This document shows, piece after piece, positions 52,902 through 62,398 of a stretch of 64,000 nt of DNA (positions within the stretch are counted from its first letter, which is position 1; the number at the start of each line of letters is the position of its first letter). Position numbers and translations under genes: made by a program. The notes under the pieces are model-generated. The model did not search any database. It was not told the DNA's origin and saw nothing but the letters and a program-made list of their open reading frames with translations. This DNA comes from an uncultured Fibrobacteria bacterium (GTDB lineage: Bacteria; Fibrobacterota; Fibrobacteria; UBA11236): NCBI GenBank assembly GCA_963716395.1, contig OY970309.1:608001-672000 (forward strand), written 5' to 3'.

Positions 52902-53867
52902 ATGGCATCCTCGGCAATCGCCGGCGCGCGCAAGGCATTGCTGATGGCGCTTCTCGTGGGCGCACTTTCGGCGCACGCGGACGACCCGCGTCCGCCTTCG
53001 GGCATTCCCGCCATCGACAGTTTGCCGTTGCACGACTGGCAGGTCGACAACCCGCCGCTTTCCTATTCCAAGGCCCTGTTGCTCGGAGCCTTGATTCCGG
53101 GCGGCGGACAATTCTACGGACATCATCCGGTACGCGGGGCATTTCTCGTGGGCTTGGAAGGCGCGCTTTTCGGCCTATCGCTTTCGGCCTACTTCCACGA
53201 TCTGCCGCTCTGGGATCGCCAAACCAGCTCTTACCTCGACTCGGCTGACGCGGCCCTAGGCCGTTCGGCGCTCGACCCTTCGGCGCAAGGCGATTTCCTG
53301 AAATGGGTGGCGCTGGCGCGCAACAAAGCCGATACGCGTTTGCGCCAGGCCGATCTGGCCAATTCGGAATTGGCCTGGGCCATCGGTTTGCACTTTTACG
53401 GCCTGGCCGACGCGATGGAAATCGTGCACCAAAGCCGCGAGCCCAATCCGCCCGTGCGTTCGGTGAAGCGGGCCATGCTGTACGGCATTCTTTTCCCCGG
53501 CGGCGGGCAGTTGTACAACGGCCGCTACGGAAAATTCGGCCTGCTCTGGATGGGCTTGGGCGGCGCGGCGCTCTCGGCCTGGTCGCGGCAAAACGTGGTG
53601 GAGGCGCTCAACCGCGAAGTGGCGACGGCCGAGGCCGAACAGGCGCAAGGCCAGACTCCCCTCCAGGATCTGAACCAATTGCAATTGGATCGCACGCTCT
53701 ACCGTAAGCGCCGTAACCAATACTACTGGGGCATGTCTCTGTTTTATCTGTATGCCGTTCTCGACGGCATGGTCGATGCGGCGCTTTCCGACTTCGACCG
53801 CCCCAACCGCTATTCGCTGGGACCGGGACTCACGCCCCTGTCGGTGGCGGCCAATATTTCGTTTTAG
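52902..53867 (+). CDS. Hypothetical membrane/outer-membrane protein with two DUF5683-like repeats
   Basis: Repeated KA.L.G.L.PGGGQ.Y..G module, each followed later by Y...D(A/G)M. Confidence 0.7.
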   Translation: MASSAIAGARKALLMALLVGALSAHADDPRPPSGIPAIDSLPLHDWQVDNPPLSYSKALLLGALIPGGGQFYGHHPVRGAFLVGLEGALFGLSLSAYFHDLPLWDRQTSSYLDSADAALGRSALDPSAQGDFLKWVALARNKADTRLRQADLANSELAWAIGLHFYGLADAMEIVHQSREPNPPVRSVKRAMLYGILFPGGGQLYNGRYGKFGLLWMGLGGAALSAWSRQNVVEALNREVATAEAEQAQGQTPLQDLNQLQLDRTLYRKRRNQYYWGMSLFYLYAVLDGMVDAALSDFDRPNRYSLGPGLTPLSVAANISF

Positions 53868-54295
53868 CGCGCCGGCGCCATGCTCCAGTCAGCGCGGCCG
53901 TGAAGTTGGAAGAACTCGCGGCATTCGTGCTCGATGAAGGCCAGGGCTTCGGCGCGCGTGGGCGCGTGTTCGAGGTAGTCTTCCAGGCATTCGCGCAAGG
54001 TCGGCGGTTCGAGCACGCGCATCCAGCGGCTCAGGCGGAAGTCGAAATAGACGTGGCGGTGGTCCAGCGGATACTGGGCCGGGAGCTTTTCCATCAGGTT
54101 CCGGATCTGCGGAAAATCAAACCCCGCTTCGGCCAGCGGCAGGATAAACTGTGTGATCTTTGCATCGTTTTCTTCGCGATGCGTGCGGTATTCCATCACC
54201 GCCCAGGCGATCACGCGCCTCTGGGCCGGGCTCAGCCGATCCAGGCGATGTTGCATTCCGCTTTCTCCAAAAGCGGGTGTGACGGGTATATCCAT
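53864..54295 (-). CDS. Hypothetical protein
   Basis: GGAGGA RBS before the ATG at 54295 and coding-like composition. Confidence 0.7.
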   Translation of the reverse strand: MDIPVTPAFGESGMQHRLDRLSPAQRRVIAWAVMEYRTHREENDAKITQFILPLAEAGFDFPQIRNLMEKLPAQYPLDHRHVYFDFRLSRWMRVLEPPTLRECLEDYLEHAPTRAEALAFIEHECREFFQLHGRADWSMAPAR

Positions 54296-54504
54296 GGGAA
54301 TCCTCCGGGACATGGGTTGATGGTACCAATTCCATATCGGCGCGTTCCAGCCGAAACGAAAGTCCGATCGCGGCGGCCATGCAAACTTCATGGCTTACTT
54401 GACTCTTTACGCCAACCCGCACGCGAAGTTCACGGCGCGCGCGCCGCGGGCGATGGCGGGATTACATTAGCGAACGCGGCCGGCGTGACGGCCAAGGAGG
54501 ACAC

Positions 54505-55386
54505 ATGGCGGTACGCAGCATGACCGGCTACGGGCGGGCGGAAGAATCGGCCGCCGCTTACGGGGTCACCGTGGAAATGAAGTCGGTCAACAACCGTTTT
54601 CTCGAATTCCAGTGCCGGGCCTCCCAGGATCAGCTGTACCTTGAACCCCTGCTGCGCGCGGAAATCGGAAATTACGTGGCGCGCGGCTCGGTAACCTGCC
54701 ACGTGCATTACCAGCGCCACGGTTCCGGCGCCAACGGTGTCACCCTGAATGCGGATTTGTTCGCGGCCTACGTGCGCTTGACGCAGCAGGCGGCGCGCGC
54801 CGTCGGATCGGACGCCCGGGTGAACGTCGTCGATTTATTGCGCGTACCCGACATGGTACAGGACACGCGTTCCGTCGAAGCGCCGGAAACCGTGGCCGAA
54901 CGCATATTGCCGGTATTCCGCCGCGCCGTCGCCGAACTCACCCGTATGCGCGATCGCGAAGGTGAAGCGCTGGCCCGGGACTTGGAACAGCGCATCGACG
55001 CTTTTTCCCCGGCCTTGGACCGCGTGGCCGCCTTGCTTCCCAAACGCAATTCCGAAGTGGCCGCGAAATTGCGCGCCCGCATCGAAGAACTGCTCGCCGG
55101 CCGCGCCGCCGCTGAAGATCGGCTGATGACCGAAGTGGGCATTCTGGCCGAAAAGCTCGACGTGCAGGAAGAAATCGTGCGGTTGCGCGCCCACCTTCAG
55201 CATTTCCGCGAGACGCTGGCGCAACCGGCCGCGCCCGGAAAAAAGCTGGGCTTTTTACAGCAGGAAATGCTGCGCGAAGTGAATACGCTCGGCAACAAAA
55301 GCCAGTATTCCGACATCCAGCAAATCTGCGTGGGCTGGAAAGAAGATCTCGAAATCATCCGCGAGCAATTGCAGAACGTGGAGTGA
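54505..55386 (+). CDS. yicC: YicC/YloC family endoribonuclease
   Basis: SMTGYG, KSVNNRFL, EEIVRL..H, GKKL.FL.QEM.RE.NT.G.K and IREQLQNVE motifs. Confidence 0.94.
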   Translation: MAVRSMTGYGRAEESAAAYGVTVEMKSVNNRFLEFQCRASQDQLYLEPLLRAEIGNYVARGSVTCHVHYQRHGSGANGVTLNADLFAAYVRLTQQAARAVGSDARVNVVDLLRVPDMVQDTRSVEAPETVAERILPVFRRAVAELTRMRDREGEALARDLEQRIDAFSPALDRVAALLPKRNSEVAAKLRARIEELLAGRAAAEDRLMTEVGILAEKLDVQEEIVRLRAHLQHFRETLAQPAAPGKKLGFLQQEMLREVNTLGNKSQYSDIQQICVGWKEDLEIIREQLQNVE

Positions 55387-55395
55387 GGGCTTTAA

Positions 55396-55600
55396 GGGTA
55401 CCTCTCATAATCGGCCCGCAGTAGGCGGACGAGGCCTGAGCTTGTCAAAGGCCGAGGCCGAGCGAGAAGGTCGACGGTAAGGCGCGCGAGAAAGTCGATG
55501 TGGCTTGAAGATCGCTCCGCCTTCGTTGGACAACGAAGCCGGAGGCCTTCGCAGCCGATCGTCCGCCGCAGGCGGAGAATGTGATTTTTAGAGGTGCCGC
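55396..55600. mobile_element. MITE-like element, family 2
   Basis: TAA|GGGTACCTCTCATAATC ... GATTTTTAGAGGTGCCGC|TTA imperfect terminal inverted repeats, with REP-like palindromes inside. Confidence 0.65.
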
Positions 55601-55969
55601 TTAATGCGGCTGCAGGCGCGCCTTGATCTCCAACGTGGTTCCGAATTCGGCCTTGAGCAGACGGTGCACTTCTTCCAAAGTGAGTTGGGTGGTGATGAGG
55701 TCGATTTCCAATTCCTGCGCCCGCTTCACCACCTTGGGCGCGGGAATGTGGTTGTTGGTGAACACGATGGCCACGATGTCGACTTCTTCGGCGACCTGCA
55801 TCAAGCGCGTGTGCACGAGGTTGGTGACCAGCAGCACATTGGTGAAATCATCGGTCAATTCGTTGGGGTCGGATCCGATAAACGCCATTTCCACCGAATC
55901 ATGCAGCAACTCGGGGCCGACCACGGTACCCTTGACGGTTTCGACGATAGTGCGCAAATCCGCTAACAT
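55601..55969 (-). CDS. Stand-alone DRTGG/HPr-kinase-N-like domain protein
   Basis: F.GSD..LLVTNL..DIVAIVFT..P..A....I.LI.T pattern. Confidence 0.75.
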   Translation of the reverse strand: MLADLRTIVETVKGTVVGPELLHDSVEMAFIGSDPNELTDDFTNVLLVTNLVHTRLMQVAEEVDIVAIVFTNNHIPAPKVVKRAQELEIDLITTQLTLEEVHRLLKAEFGTTLEIKARLQPH

Positions 55970-56238
55970 ATTGCTTGAGGCTCCGAAACGCGAAGGAAGG
56001 GGGGGTTAACCGCGCATGTCACAGAAAATGGGTCATGCCTCCTCGCCGATTCAATCCGCCGCCCTGTGTCGGCCATGTTCCGTGAACCGGCATCATTTAA
56101 AATTATTAAACCCACGGCGGGGTCGGTCAACCCGTAACAGCCGCCACGGATTAAAATATTAGCAGCCACGCAGCCCCACCATCATTCTTCGGCGATAAAA
56201 GCTCTATTATTAATCACACCCACCCGTCAAAGCCGCTT

Positions 56239-57204
56239 TTGGTCACCTTTACCTTACCCGCGTCGGACGAAGAGAAAACCCGGATCGGCGGCGAAGGCGA
56301 ACAGAATTTCGTCCGCCTGGAAAAAGCCTTCGGGGTACGCCTCTTGACCCGGCTCCCGGGAATCATCATCCAAGCCCAAAACGAATCGGCCATCCAGAAA
56401 ACGCGCGCGGCCCTGGAATGGATGCAAGGGGCCCTGCGTTCGGGCCAGCAGCTTTCCGAATTCTATATGGATGAGTTGCTGGGTCCGCCGCACGGTCCGG
56501 GACACCAAGGAGCCACGACGCCCGCGCCGGCTTTGGAAAAACCCATTTTGATCGATCGTTACGGCCATGCCGTACAGCCCAAAACCAAGGGACAGGCGCA
56601 TTTTCTGCGCGTCATCCGCGAGCACGATCTGGTGTTTGCGGCCGGACCGGCCGGAACCGGAAAAACCTTTCTGGCCGTGGCCATGGCGGTGCAGGCGCTG
56701 GAAAAAAAAATCGTGGAGCGCGTCATGCTTTGCCGCCCGGCAGTGGAATCGGGGGAAAGCCTGGGGTTTTTGCCCGGCGTTATCAGTGAAAAGATTGCCC
56801 CGTATATGCAGCCGCTGTATGACGCCCTGAGCATCATGCTGCCCACGGAAAAATTCCGGGAGTACTGGGATAGCAACATCATCCAGATCGCGCCCCTGGC
56901 CTATATGCGGGGCCGTACCTTGAGCCGCAGCTTCATCATTCTCGACGAGGCGCAAAACACCACCATCGCGCAGATGAAAATGTTTTTGACCCGCATCGGA
57001 GCGGGCAGCAAAACCGTGCTCACCGGCGACGAAAGCCAGGTCGATCTCGAAATCCACGCCAAATCGGGATTCGCCCATGCGCGCAAAATCCTGGCGGGCA
57101 TCGAAGGCATCGGCCAAATCGAATTGGGACTCGAGGATGTGGTACGTCACCGCCTGGTGCGCGCAGTCATCCAAGCCTATGAACGCGACGGGGCGCCGAA
57201 CTGA
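56239..57204 (+). CDS. phoH: PhoH family protein
   Basis: GPAGTGKT, RPAVE.GE.LGFLPG, PLAYMRGRTL and DEAQN motifs. Confidence 0.95.
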   Translation: MVTFTLPASDEEKTRIGGEGEQNFVRLEKAFGVRLLTRLPGIIIQAQNESAIQKTRAALEWMQGALRSGQQLSEFYMDELLGPPHGPGHQGATTPAPALEKPILIDRYGHAVQPKTKGQAHFLRVIREHDLVFAAGPAGTGKTFLAVAMAVQALEKKIVERVMLCRPAVESGESLGFLPGVISEKIAPYMQPLYDALSIMLPTEKFREYWDSNIIQIAPLAYMRGRTLSRSFIILDEAQNTTIAQMKMFLTRIGAGSKTVLTGDESQVDLEIHAKSGFAHARKILAGIEGIGQIELGLEDVVRHRLVRAVIQAYERDGAPN

Positions 57205-57321
57205 GGGAAAGCCCGTATCCGGTCCGATTCCCGACTTGATCAAAGGCCGAATCGCGCTTAACTTTACCCCGCTTTGGGCCCTGCGCCGATTAGCAACGGC
57301 GAACGACAACGGACTTCAGCC

Positions 57322-57540
57322 ATGCAGCCTTTCTTCAGCAAAAAGAACTTTCTCGGAGTCGGAATCGCCTTGGTGCTTCTGGTCGTAGGGTTCTGGCTAC
57401 TGGGGCAAAAACCGGCCGGGAATAAATTGGCCTTGAACGTGGCCCCATTCGTGCTTCTCTTCGCCTTTCTCGTGGTCTTGCCCGTGAGCTTGTGGAAAGG
57501 CTGGAGCAAGCGGGAGCGGGATACGCGTGAGGGCGTTTAG
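57322..57540 (+). CDS. Small two-TM membrane protein (DUF3098-like)
   Basis: F.KKNF..G..L...GF.LL..LAL.VAP..L pattern. Confidence 0.7.
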   Translation: MQPFFSKKNFLGVGIALVLLVVGFWLLGQKPAGNKLALNVAPFVLLFAFLVVLPVSLWKGWSKRERDTREGV

Positions 57541-57608
57541 CTCAGTCGGTTTAGAGCGTCTGCTTTACACGCAGAAGGCCGTAAGTTCGAATCTTACAAC
57601 GCCCACCA
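57531..57608 (+). tRNA. tRNA-Val(TAC)
   Basis: Cloverleaf GGGCGTT..TCTGC-TTTACAC-GCAGA..GTTCGAATC..AACGCCC-ACCA. Confidence 0.97.
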
Positions 57609-57627
57609 AGTTGTTTTCGCTGTTTTC

Positions 57628-57704
57628 GGAGTGGTAGCTCAACTGGTTAGAGTACTAGCCTGTCACGCTAGGGGTTGCGGGTTCAAGTCCCGTCCATTCC
57701 GCCA
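57628..57704 (+). tRNA. tRNA-Asp(GTC)
   Basis: GGAGTGG..CTAGC-CTGTCAC-GCTAG..GTTCAAGTC..CCATTCC-GCCA. Confidence 0.97.
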
Positions 57705-57835
57705 GCTTTTTTTGCGGCCGAACCCTTCGTCCTGATCGCGTGCGACGCACGCGGTGGGCGGGGTCGGGCGGCCCGATTTTTTTCACTTTCAATTTCTTCA
57801 TCCTTCGTCGCACCCCTGGGTATACTTTGTAAACC

Positions 57836-60067
57836 ATGAGCCGCTGTTTGCTTTCCACCTCGGAGTTGCACGAATTGGAGTCGGGCGAATGTGCCGATCC
57901 CTTCACCAAATTGGGCTTCCACCAGGTCGAAACCCAAGGCCGCACCATGGGATTGATCCGCGTCTTCAACCCGGCATTCCGCTCCGTGGAAATCGAGCAT
58001 GACGGCGGCGTCACAGCCTGTAACAACGCCTCGGGCACGGGCTGCTTTGAAGCCCTGTTTCCGGAACGCCGCGATTTCTTCGCTTACCGGGTGCGCGCCA
58101 CCCTGCATGCGGGCGAAACCACCGCGTACGACGACGCGTATGCGCATCTGCCCGTTCTCACCGATTACGACCTCTACCTTTACAACCGCGGCACGCATTA
58201 CCAACTGTGGAAAAAACTGGGCGCGAATTTCATGAAACATCAGGGTCTGGCCGGCGTGCATTTCGCCGTGTGGGCGCCCAATGCGCGCGGCCTGGCCGTG
58301 GTGGGAGATTTCAACGGCTGGAATCCCCGCAGCCATCTGATGCGTCGGCTGGCGGCTTCGGGTGTGTGGGAGATTTTCGTGCCCGGCGCATCTCCCGGCG
58401 CACGCTACAAATTTTTGGTGCATACGCATGGCGGGGCCCTGGTGGAAAAAACCGATCCCTTGGCCCGCGCCGCCGAATTGCGCCCCCGCACCGCCTCGGT
58501 GTTGGTCGACCCGGAGCCCTTTGCCTGGAAGGATCAGGCCTGGGAGGCCGGACGGGCGGCCCGGCATGCCGAGCATGCGCCGCTCAGCATTTACGAAGTA
58601 CATCTGGGATCGTGGCGGCGCTTCGGCGGCGACGGCACCTTTCCCACCTACGCCGAACTGAGCGAGCACCTTGTGCCCTATGTGCGCGATTTGGGTTACA
58701 CCCACCTTGAATTGCTGCCCATGCAGGAGCATCCCTTGGACGAATCCTGGGGTTACCAGGTCACGGGTTATTACGCCCCCACTTGCCGCTACGGTTCGCC
58801 GAGAGAGTTTAAGGCCTTTATCGCAGCCTGTCATCAAGCGGGCCTGGGAGTGATCCTCGACTGGGTGCCGGCGCACTTTCCCGTCGACCTGCACGGGCTG
58901 GAGTTGTTCGACGGCACCCAGCTCTATGCCCATGAAGATCCCCGCAAGGGGCAGCATCCCGAATGGGGGACGCGCATCTTCAATTACGGCCGACACGAGG
59001 TTTCCAATTTTCTGCTCGCCAACGCCCTGTATTGGTTCGAAGAGTTTCACCTCGACGGCCTGCGCGTCGACGCCGTGGCGTCGATGCTTTATCTCGACTA
59101 CGCCCGCCGCCCCGAGGAATGGGAGCCGAACTCCGAAGGGGGCAACATCAACCAGGAGGCGGTGGAATTTTTGAAGCACTTGAACGGCGTGGTCTCCCAA
59201 CGGCATCCGCACCGCCTCATCATCGCCGAAGAGAGTTCGGCCTTTCCCGGCGTGACCCATGCGCTCGACCACCACGGGCTGGGCTTCGCCTTCAAATGGA
59301 ACCTGGGTTGGATGCACGATTTTCTGACCTATCTGTCCAAAGACCCGGTGTACCGCAACCACCACCAGGATTTGCTCACCTTCGAGATGTCCTACGCCTT
59401 CAGCGAGCGCTTCGTCCTGGTGCTGTCACATGACGAAGTTGTGCACGGCAAGGGTTCGCTGCCCCGCAAAATGCCCGGCGACGATTGGCAAAAATTCGCC
59501 AATCTGCGCGCCGCCTTTGCCTATCAATACGCCCATCCCGGGAAGAAGCTGAACTTCATGGGACTCGAATTCGGGCAATGGAGCGAGTGGAACGTGAAGG
59601 GTTCGCTCGAATGGCATTTGCTCGACGCTTCGGCTGCCCCGTATCACCGCGGCCTGCAATGCCTACTACGCGATTTGAACCGCCTGTACCGCGGCGAAAA
59701 AGCCTTGCATGACTTGGATCTTTCCTATGAAGGATTTCAATGGATTGATTTTCACGATCGCGAACAGAACGTGCTGTCGTTCCTGCGCCGCGCCCGCGTG
59801 GGCGACACCGGCGAGCCGCCCGAAACCGTGGTGTGCATATTCAATTTCAGCCCGGTTCCGCGCCATCAATACCGCATCGGTGTGCCGCTGCCCGGATTCT
59901 ACGCCGAAATTCTCAACACCGATTCGGATCTTTACAGCGGCGGCAATATCGGCAATTACGGCGGCAAAACCTCGGCTCCGGCCTCGATGCACCATCTGCC
60001 GCATTCGCTCGAACTTTCGTTACCCCCGTTGGGGGCGCTGTATTTGCGCCACCAGTCTCAGCCTTAG
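57836..60067 (+). CDS. glgB: 1,4-alpha-glucan branching enzyme
   Basis: FAVWAPNA, IYEVHLGSW, SWGYQ, DWVPAHF, LRVDAVASM, IAEES and LSHDEVVHGK motifs. Confidence 0.97.
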   Translation: MSRCLLSTSELHELESGECADPFTKLGFHQVETQGRTMGLIRVFNPAFRSVEIEHDGGVTACNNASGTGCFEALFPERRDFFAYRVRATLHAGETTAYDDAYAHLPVLTDYDLYLYNRGTHYQLWKKLGANFMKHQGLAGVHFAVWAPNARGLAVVGDFNGWNPRSHLMRRLAASGVWEIFVPGASPGARYKFLVHTHGGALVEKTDPLARAAELRPRTASVLVDPEPFAWKDQAWEAGRAARHAEHAPLSIYEVHLGSWRRFGGDGTFPTYAELSEHLVPYVRDLGYTHLELLPMQEHPLDESWGYQVTGYYAPTCRYGSPREFKAFIAACHQAGLGVILDWVPAHFPVDLHGLELFDGTQLYAHEDPRKGQHPEWGTRIFNYGRHEVSNFLLANALYWFEEFHLDGLRVDAVASMLYLDYARRPEEWEPNSEGGNINQEAVEFLKHLNGVVSQRHPHRLIIAEESSAFPGVTHALDHHGLGFAFKWNLGWMHDFLTYLSKDPVYRNHHQDLLTFEMSYAFSERFVLVLSHDEVVHGKGSLPRKMPGDDWQKFANLRAAFAYQYAHPGKKLNFMGLEFGQWSEWNVKGSLEWHLLDASAAPYHRGLQCLLRDLNRLYRGEKALHDLDLSYEGFQWIDFHDREQNVLSFLRRARVGDTGEPPETVVCIFNFSPVPRHQYRIGVPLPGFYAEILNTDSDLYSGGNIGNYGGKTSAPASMHHLPHSLELSLPPLGALYLRHQSQP

Positions 60068-60158
60068 CCGGGCGTCGAAAAACCCACTCCGACATGGGCC
60101 GGCGGGAAAGCTCCGGGCTGCAATGCGCCCCGGAGATCTTTCGACACGGGGAAGCGGA

Positions 60159-60500
60159 TTAACAAAAGGGCCAAAGGCCACCGAGACGTTTGGCCTGCAC
60201 CAGGGCGCCTTCGCGAATCACCGAGACCTGACCCGACTTCGCCTGGCCGCCCAAGGTGCGCGTGTTACGAATCATTTCGCCCACCACGCGGCCCAAAGCC
60301 ATGTCGGCGGTTTCAAGATCGCTCTCCGACATCCGCCCTTCGCGGCGCATGGTCAGGATTCCAGCGCCGATGAAATCGCGCACGTTCTCGGCGCAGGGCA
60401 CGGTGAACTCCAAGCCGGCGGCCTGCGCCGCATTGACGGCCGAGGCCCACAAGCGGGTTTCGATGGCTTCGGCGTTCATGGCTGCAGGGAGCGTTATCAT
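60159..60500 (-). CDS. Small helical hypothetical protein ending LWPFC
   Basis: 113-aa ORF with coding-like codon usage and an all-alpha pattern. Confidence 0.7.
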   Translation of the reverse strand: MITLPAAMNAEAIETRLWASAVNAAQAAGLEFTVPCAENVRDFIGAGILTMRREGRMSESDLETADMALGRVVGEMIRNTRTLGGQAKSGQVSVIREGALVQAKRLGGLWPFC

Positions 60501-60542
60501 GGGCGTGATGCGGAAAAGTAGAGTAAATTGACCAAGACTAAA

Positions 60543-60632
60543 GGGTACCTCTCACCATCGCTTTTCGGCTACGGTTGGGCTACGGTCGGTCTACGTCCGT
60601 TTTCGCTCGCGCGTCGACGATGGAAAGTGCCC
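60543..60632. mobile_element. Short MITE-like element, family 2
   Basis: GGGTACCTCTCACCATCG ... CGATGGAAAGTGCCC|TTA, with the same left end as the element at 55396. Confidence 0.6.
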
Positions 60633-60733
60633 TTAAACGAAGGCCGGCGAAGCCGGGGCGTTGCGCCTTCGTTTCATCACTGAAATTTTCGGAGCAAGTC
60701 GGGCCGGGCCTGTTCCGGGTTTTCCCTCCGGCC

Positions 60734-61369
60734 ATGGGGTTTGGCGTGACGCATGGTTTCTCCTTTCTGAAAAGCGCGCGGCGCACCCTCTTGGCGGCGA
60801 TTTTCCTGGGTGTGCCGGCCGCCGCCCAAACCTTTCTCGACGAAGGCCTCTGGGACGTGGGAGCCCAGGTGCAGGGATTTGTTGACGGCGAACCCGGTAA
60901 CGATTACCTGACCGGCGTCGATGTGGGGTATTCCAACTACGATCTCTATGAGCATCAGCTCGAATTGCGCTTCGCCTATCTCACCAGCCGGCCCGAAGCC
61001 TACATCCAGTCCCATAAATTTTCCGGATCGTTTCCGTACTGGACGAGCAAGGGCGATCCCGATTTCGGCGGCGTGGTGCGGCAGGATTGGTTTTTGCTTT
61101 CGCCCACCTGGCATTTCCGCCGCCGCGATTTTTTCGATCCCACGGTCGAACTCGACGCGGCCTTCCAGCGTTACGACACCGAATTCCAAGACCTCGCGCC
61201 GCTGCAAAACACTACGTTTGTATTCGGCGCCCGGGTCGGCCTGTGCCTCAATTTCGCGGCCGGCCGTTACACCCTGCACTACACCTTCGGCTACCAGGTC
61301 CCGACCAGCAGTTCGTCGATCGTGTACCCGTTGCCCTTCTCGCTGGGCCTGACCATGCTGCTCTATTAA
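60734..61369 (+). CDS. Hypothetical secreted, probable small beta-barrel protein (start uncertain)
   Basis: Signal-like ..LLAAIFLGVPAAA followed by aromatic amphipathic strands. Confidence 0.65.
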   Translation: MGFGVTHGFSFLKSARRTLLAAIFLGVPAAAQTFLDEGLWDVGAQVQGFVDGEPGNDYLTGVDVGYSNYDLYEHQLELRFAYLTSRPEAYIQSHKFSGSFPYWTSKGDPDFGGVVRQDWFLLSPTWHFRRRDFFDPTVELDAAFQRYDTEFQDLAPLQNTTFVFGARVGLCLNFAAGRYTLHYTFGYQVPTSSSSIVYPLPFSLGLTMLLY

Positions 61370-61383
61370 TAAGAAGGCCCCCC

Positions 61384-62346
61384 ATGCGAATCCGTCTTTT
61401 CCTGCTTTGCGCCACGGCCGCCTTGCTGGGGTCGGCCTGCCAACTCGACCCGGTGACTTGCGACCAGACGTGCGAAGACAGTTGGATGGGCGGCGGCCTG
61501 ATCACCGATTCCACCGCGCACGACTCCCTGTTGTCGGTGCGCCTGCCCAACCCCGACTCGGCCGATTTCGCCAAGCACGTCATCATCGCAGTGCACGGCT
61601 ATACCGCCACCACCTACGAGTGGAAAGAATTCAAAGATTCGGCGGAAGACTGGGACTCAACCGTGCTGGTTTCGGCCGTGCTGCTGGGCGGCCACGGTAC
61701 GAACTTCGCCGATTTCGAAAACAGCACCTGGCAGGATTGGGGACAGCCGATTCTCGACGAATACCGGGCGCTGGCCGCCCTGGGCTACAAGCATTTGTCC
61801 CTGGCCGGCTCTTCGACCGGCTGCACCTTGATTCTGCAATTCGTCCATGATCACGCTTTTGATTCGCTGCCGAAACCCGAAAACATTTTCCTCATCGATC
61901 CCATCGTGGTGCCGTCGGCCAAGATTCTGTCGGCGGTCGACTTTCTCGAACCGATTATCGCCAATAGCCCAAGCCCCGGCGACAGCACCGAAAACGCGCA
62001 TTGGTACGTGAACCGGCCTTCGCAGACGCTGGCCCAGCTCTACACCCTGATCAATCTGGTGAAAAACGAATTGACCGACGGTTTTTACCTGCCGGCGGGA
62101 ACGCGCTGCAAGGAGTACAAGGCGCTGTACGACGCCTCCTCCGACCCGGTCAGCGCGCTTTACATCGATAAGGGAATTCGCCAAAGCGATGGCAGCCGCA
62201 TTGAGGCCGAGATGGTGGACTCGCACCTGCACGTGTTCACCCGCCTTCTCGGCCGCGACCCCGGCAGCCTGACGGCGGCCGACACTTTGCTGCAGCGGCA
62301 AACCTTTCAAGACATGCTGGCGCGGGTCAAGGCGTGGCCGCAGTGA
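61384..62346 (+). CDS. Alpha/beta-hydrolase (esterase/lipase-like) lipoprotein
   Basis: Lipobox GSAC; VHGY, LGGHG and GSSTG nucleophile elbow; late D and H residues. Confidence 0.85.
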   Translation: MRIRLFLLCATAALLGSACQLDPVTCDQTCEDSWMGGGLITDSTAHDSLLSVRLPNPDSADFAKHVIIAVHGYTATTYEWKEFKDSAEDWDSTVLVSAVLLGGHGTNFADFENSTWQDWGQPILDEYRALAALGYKHLSLAGSSTGCTLILQFVHDHAFDSLPKPENIFLIDPIVVPSAKILSAVDFLEPIIANSPSPGDSTENAHWYVNRPSQTLAQLYTLINLVKNELTDGFYLPAGTRCKEYKALYDASSDPVSALYIDKGIRQSDGSRIEAEMVDSHLHVFTRLLGRDPGSLTAADTLLQRQTFQDMLARVKAWPQ

Positions 62347-62398
62347 GCTACCTTTTGCAAGGGGCAGAAATATTGTACCCCCCAGGCGAGGAGACGGC

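Noticed and set aside
56019-56036. Five-codon ORF MTHFL with a GGAGG RBS upstream of the DRTGG gene
   Set aside because: It is too short to support without conservation data, and no attenuator structure is evident.
57531-57760. tRNA pair as an integration site for an island or prophage
   Set aside because: There is no integrase and no duplicated tRNA 3' end in the window, and the flanks are housekeeping genes.
60101-60140. GGAAAGCTCCGGGCT resembling the RNase P RNA 5' conserved region
   Set aside because: The gap is only about 90 nt and lacks the 3' conserved motif. It is better explained as a hairpin between convergent genes.
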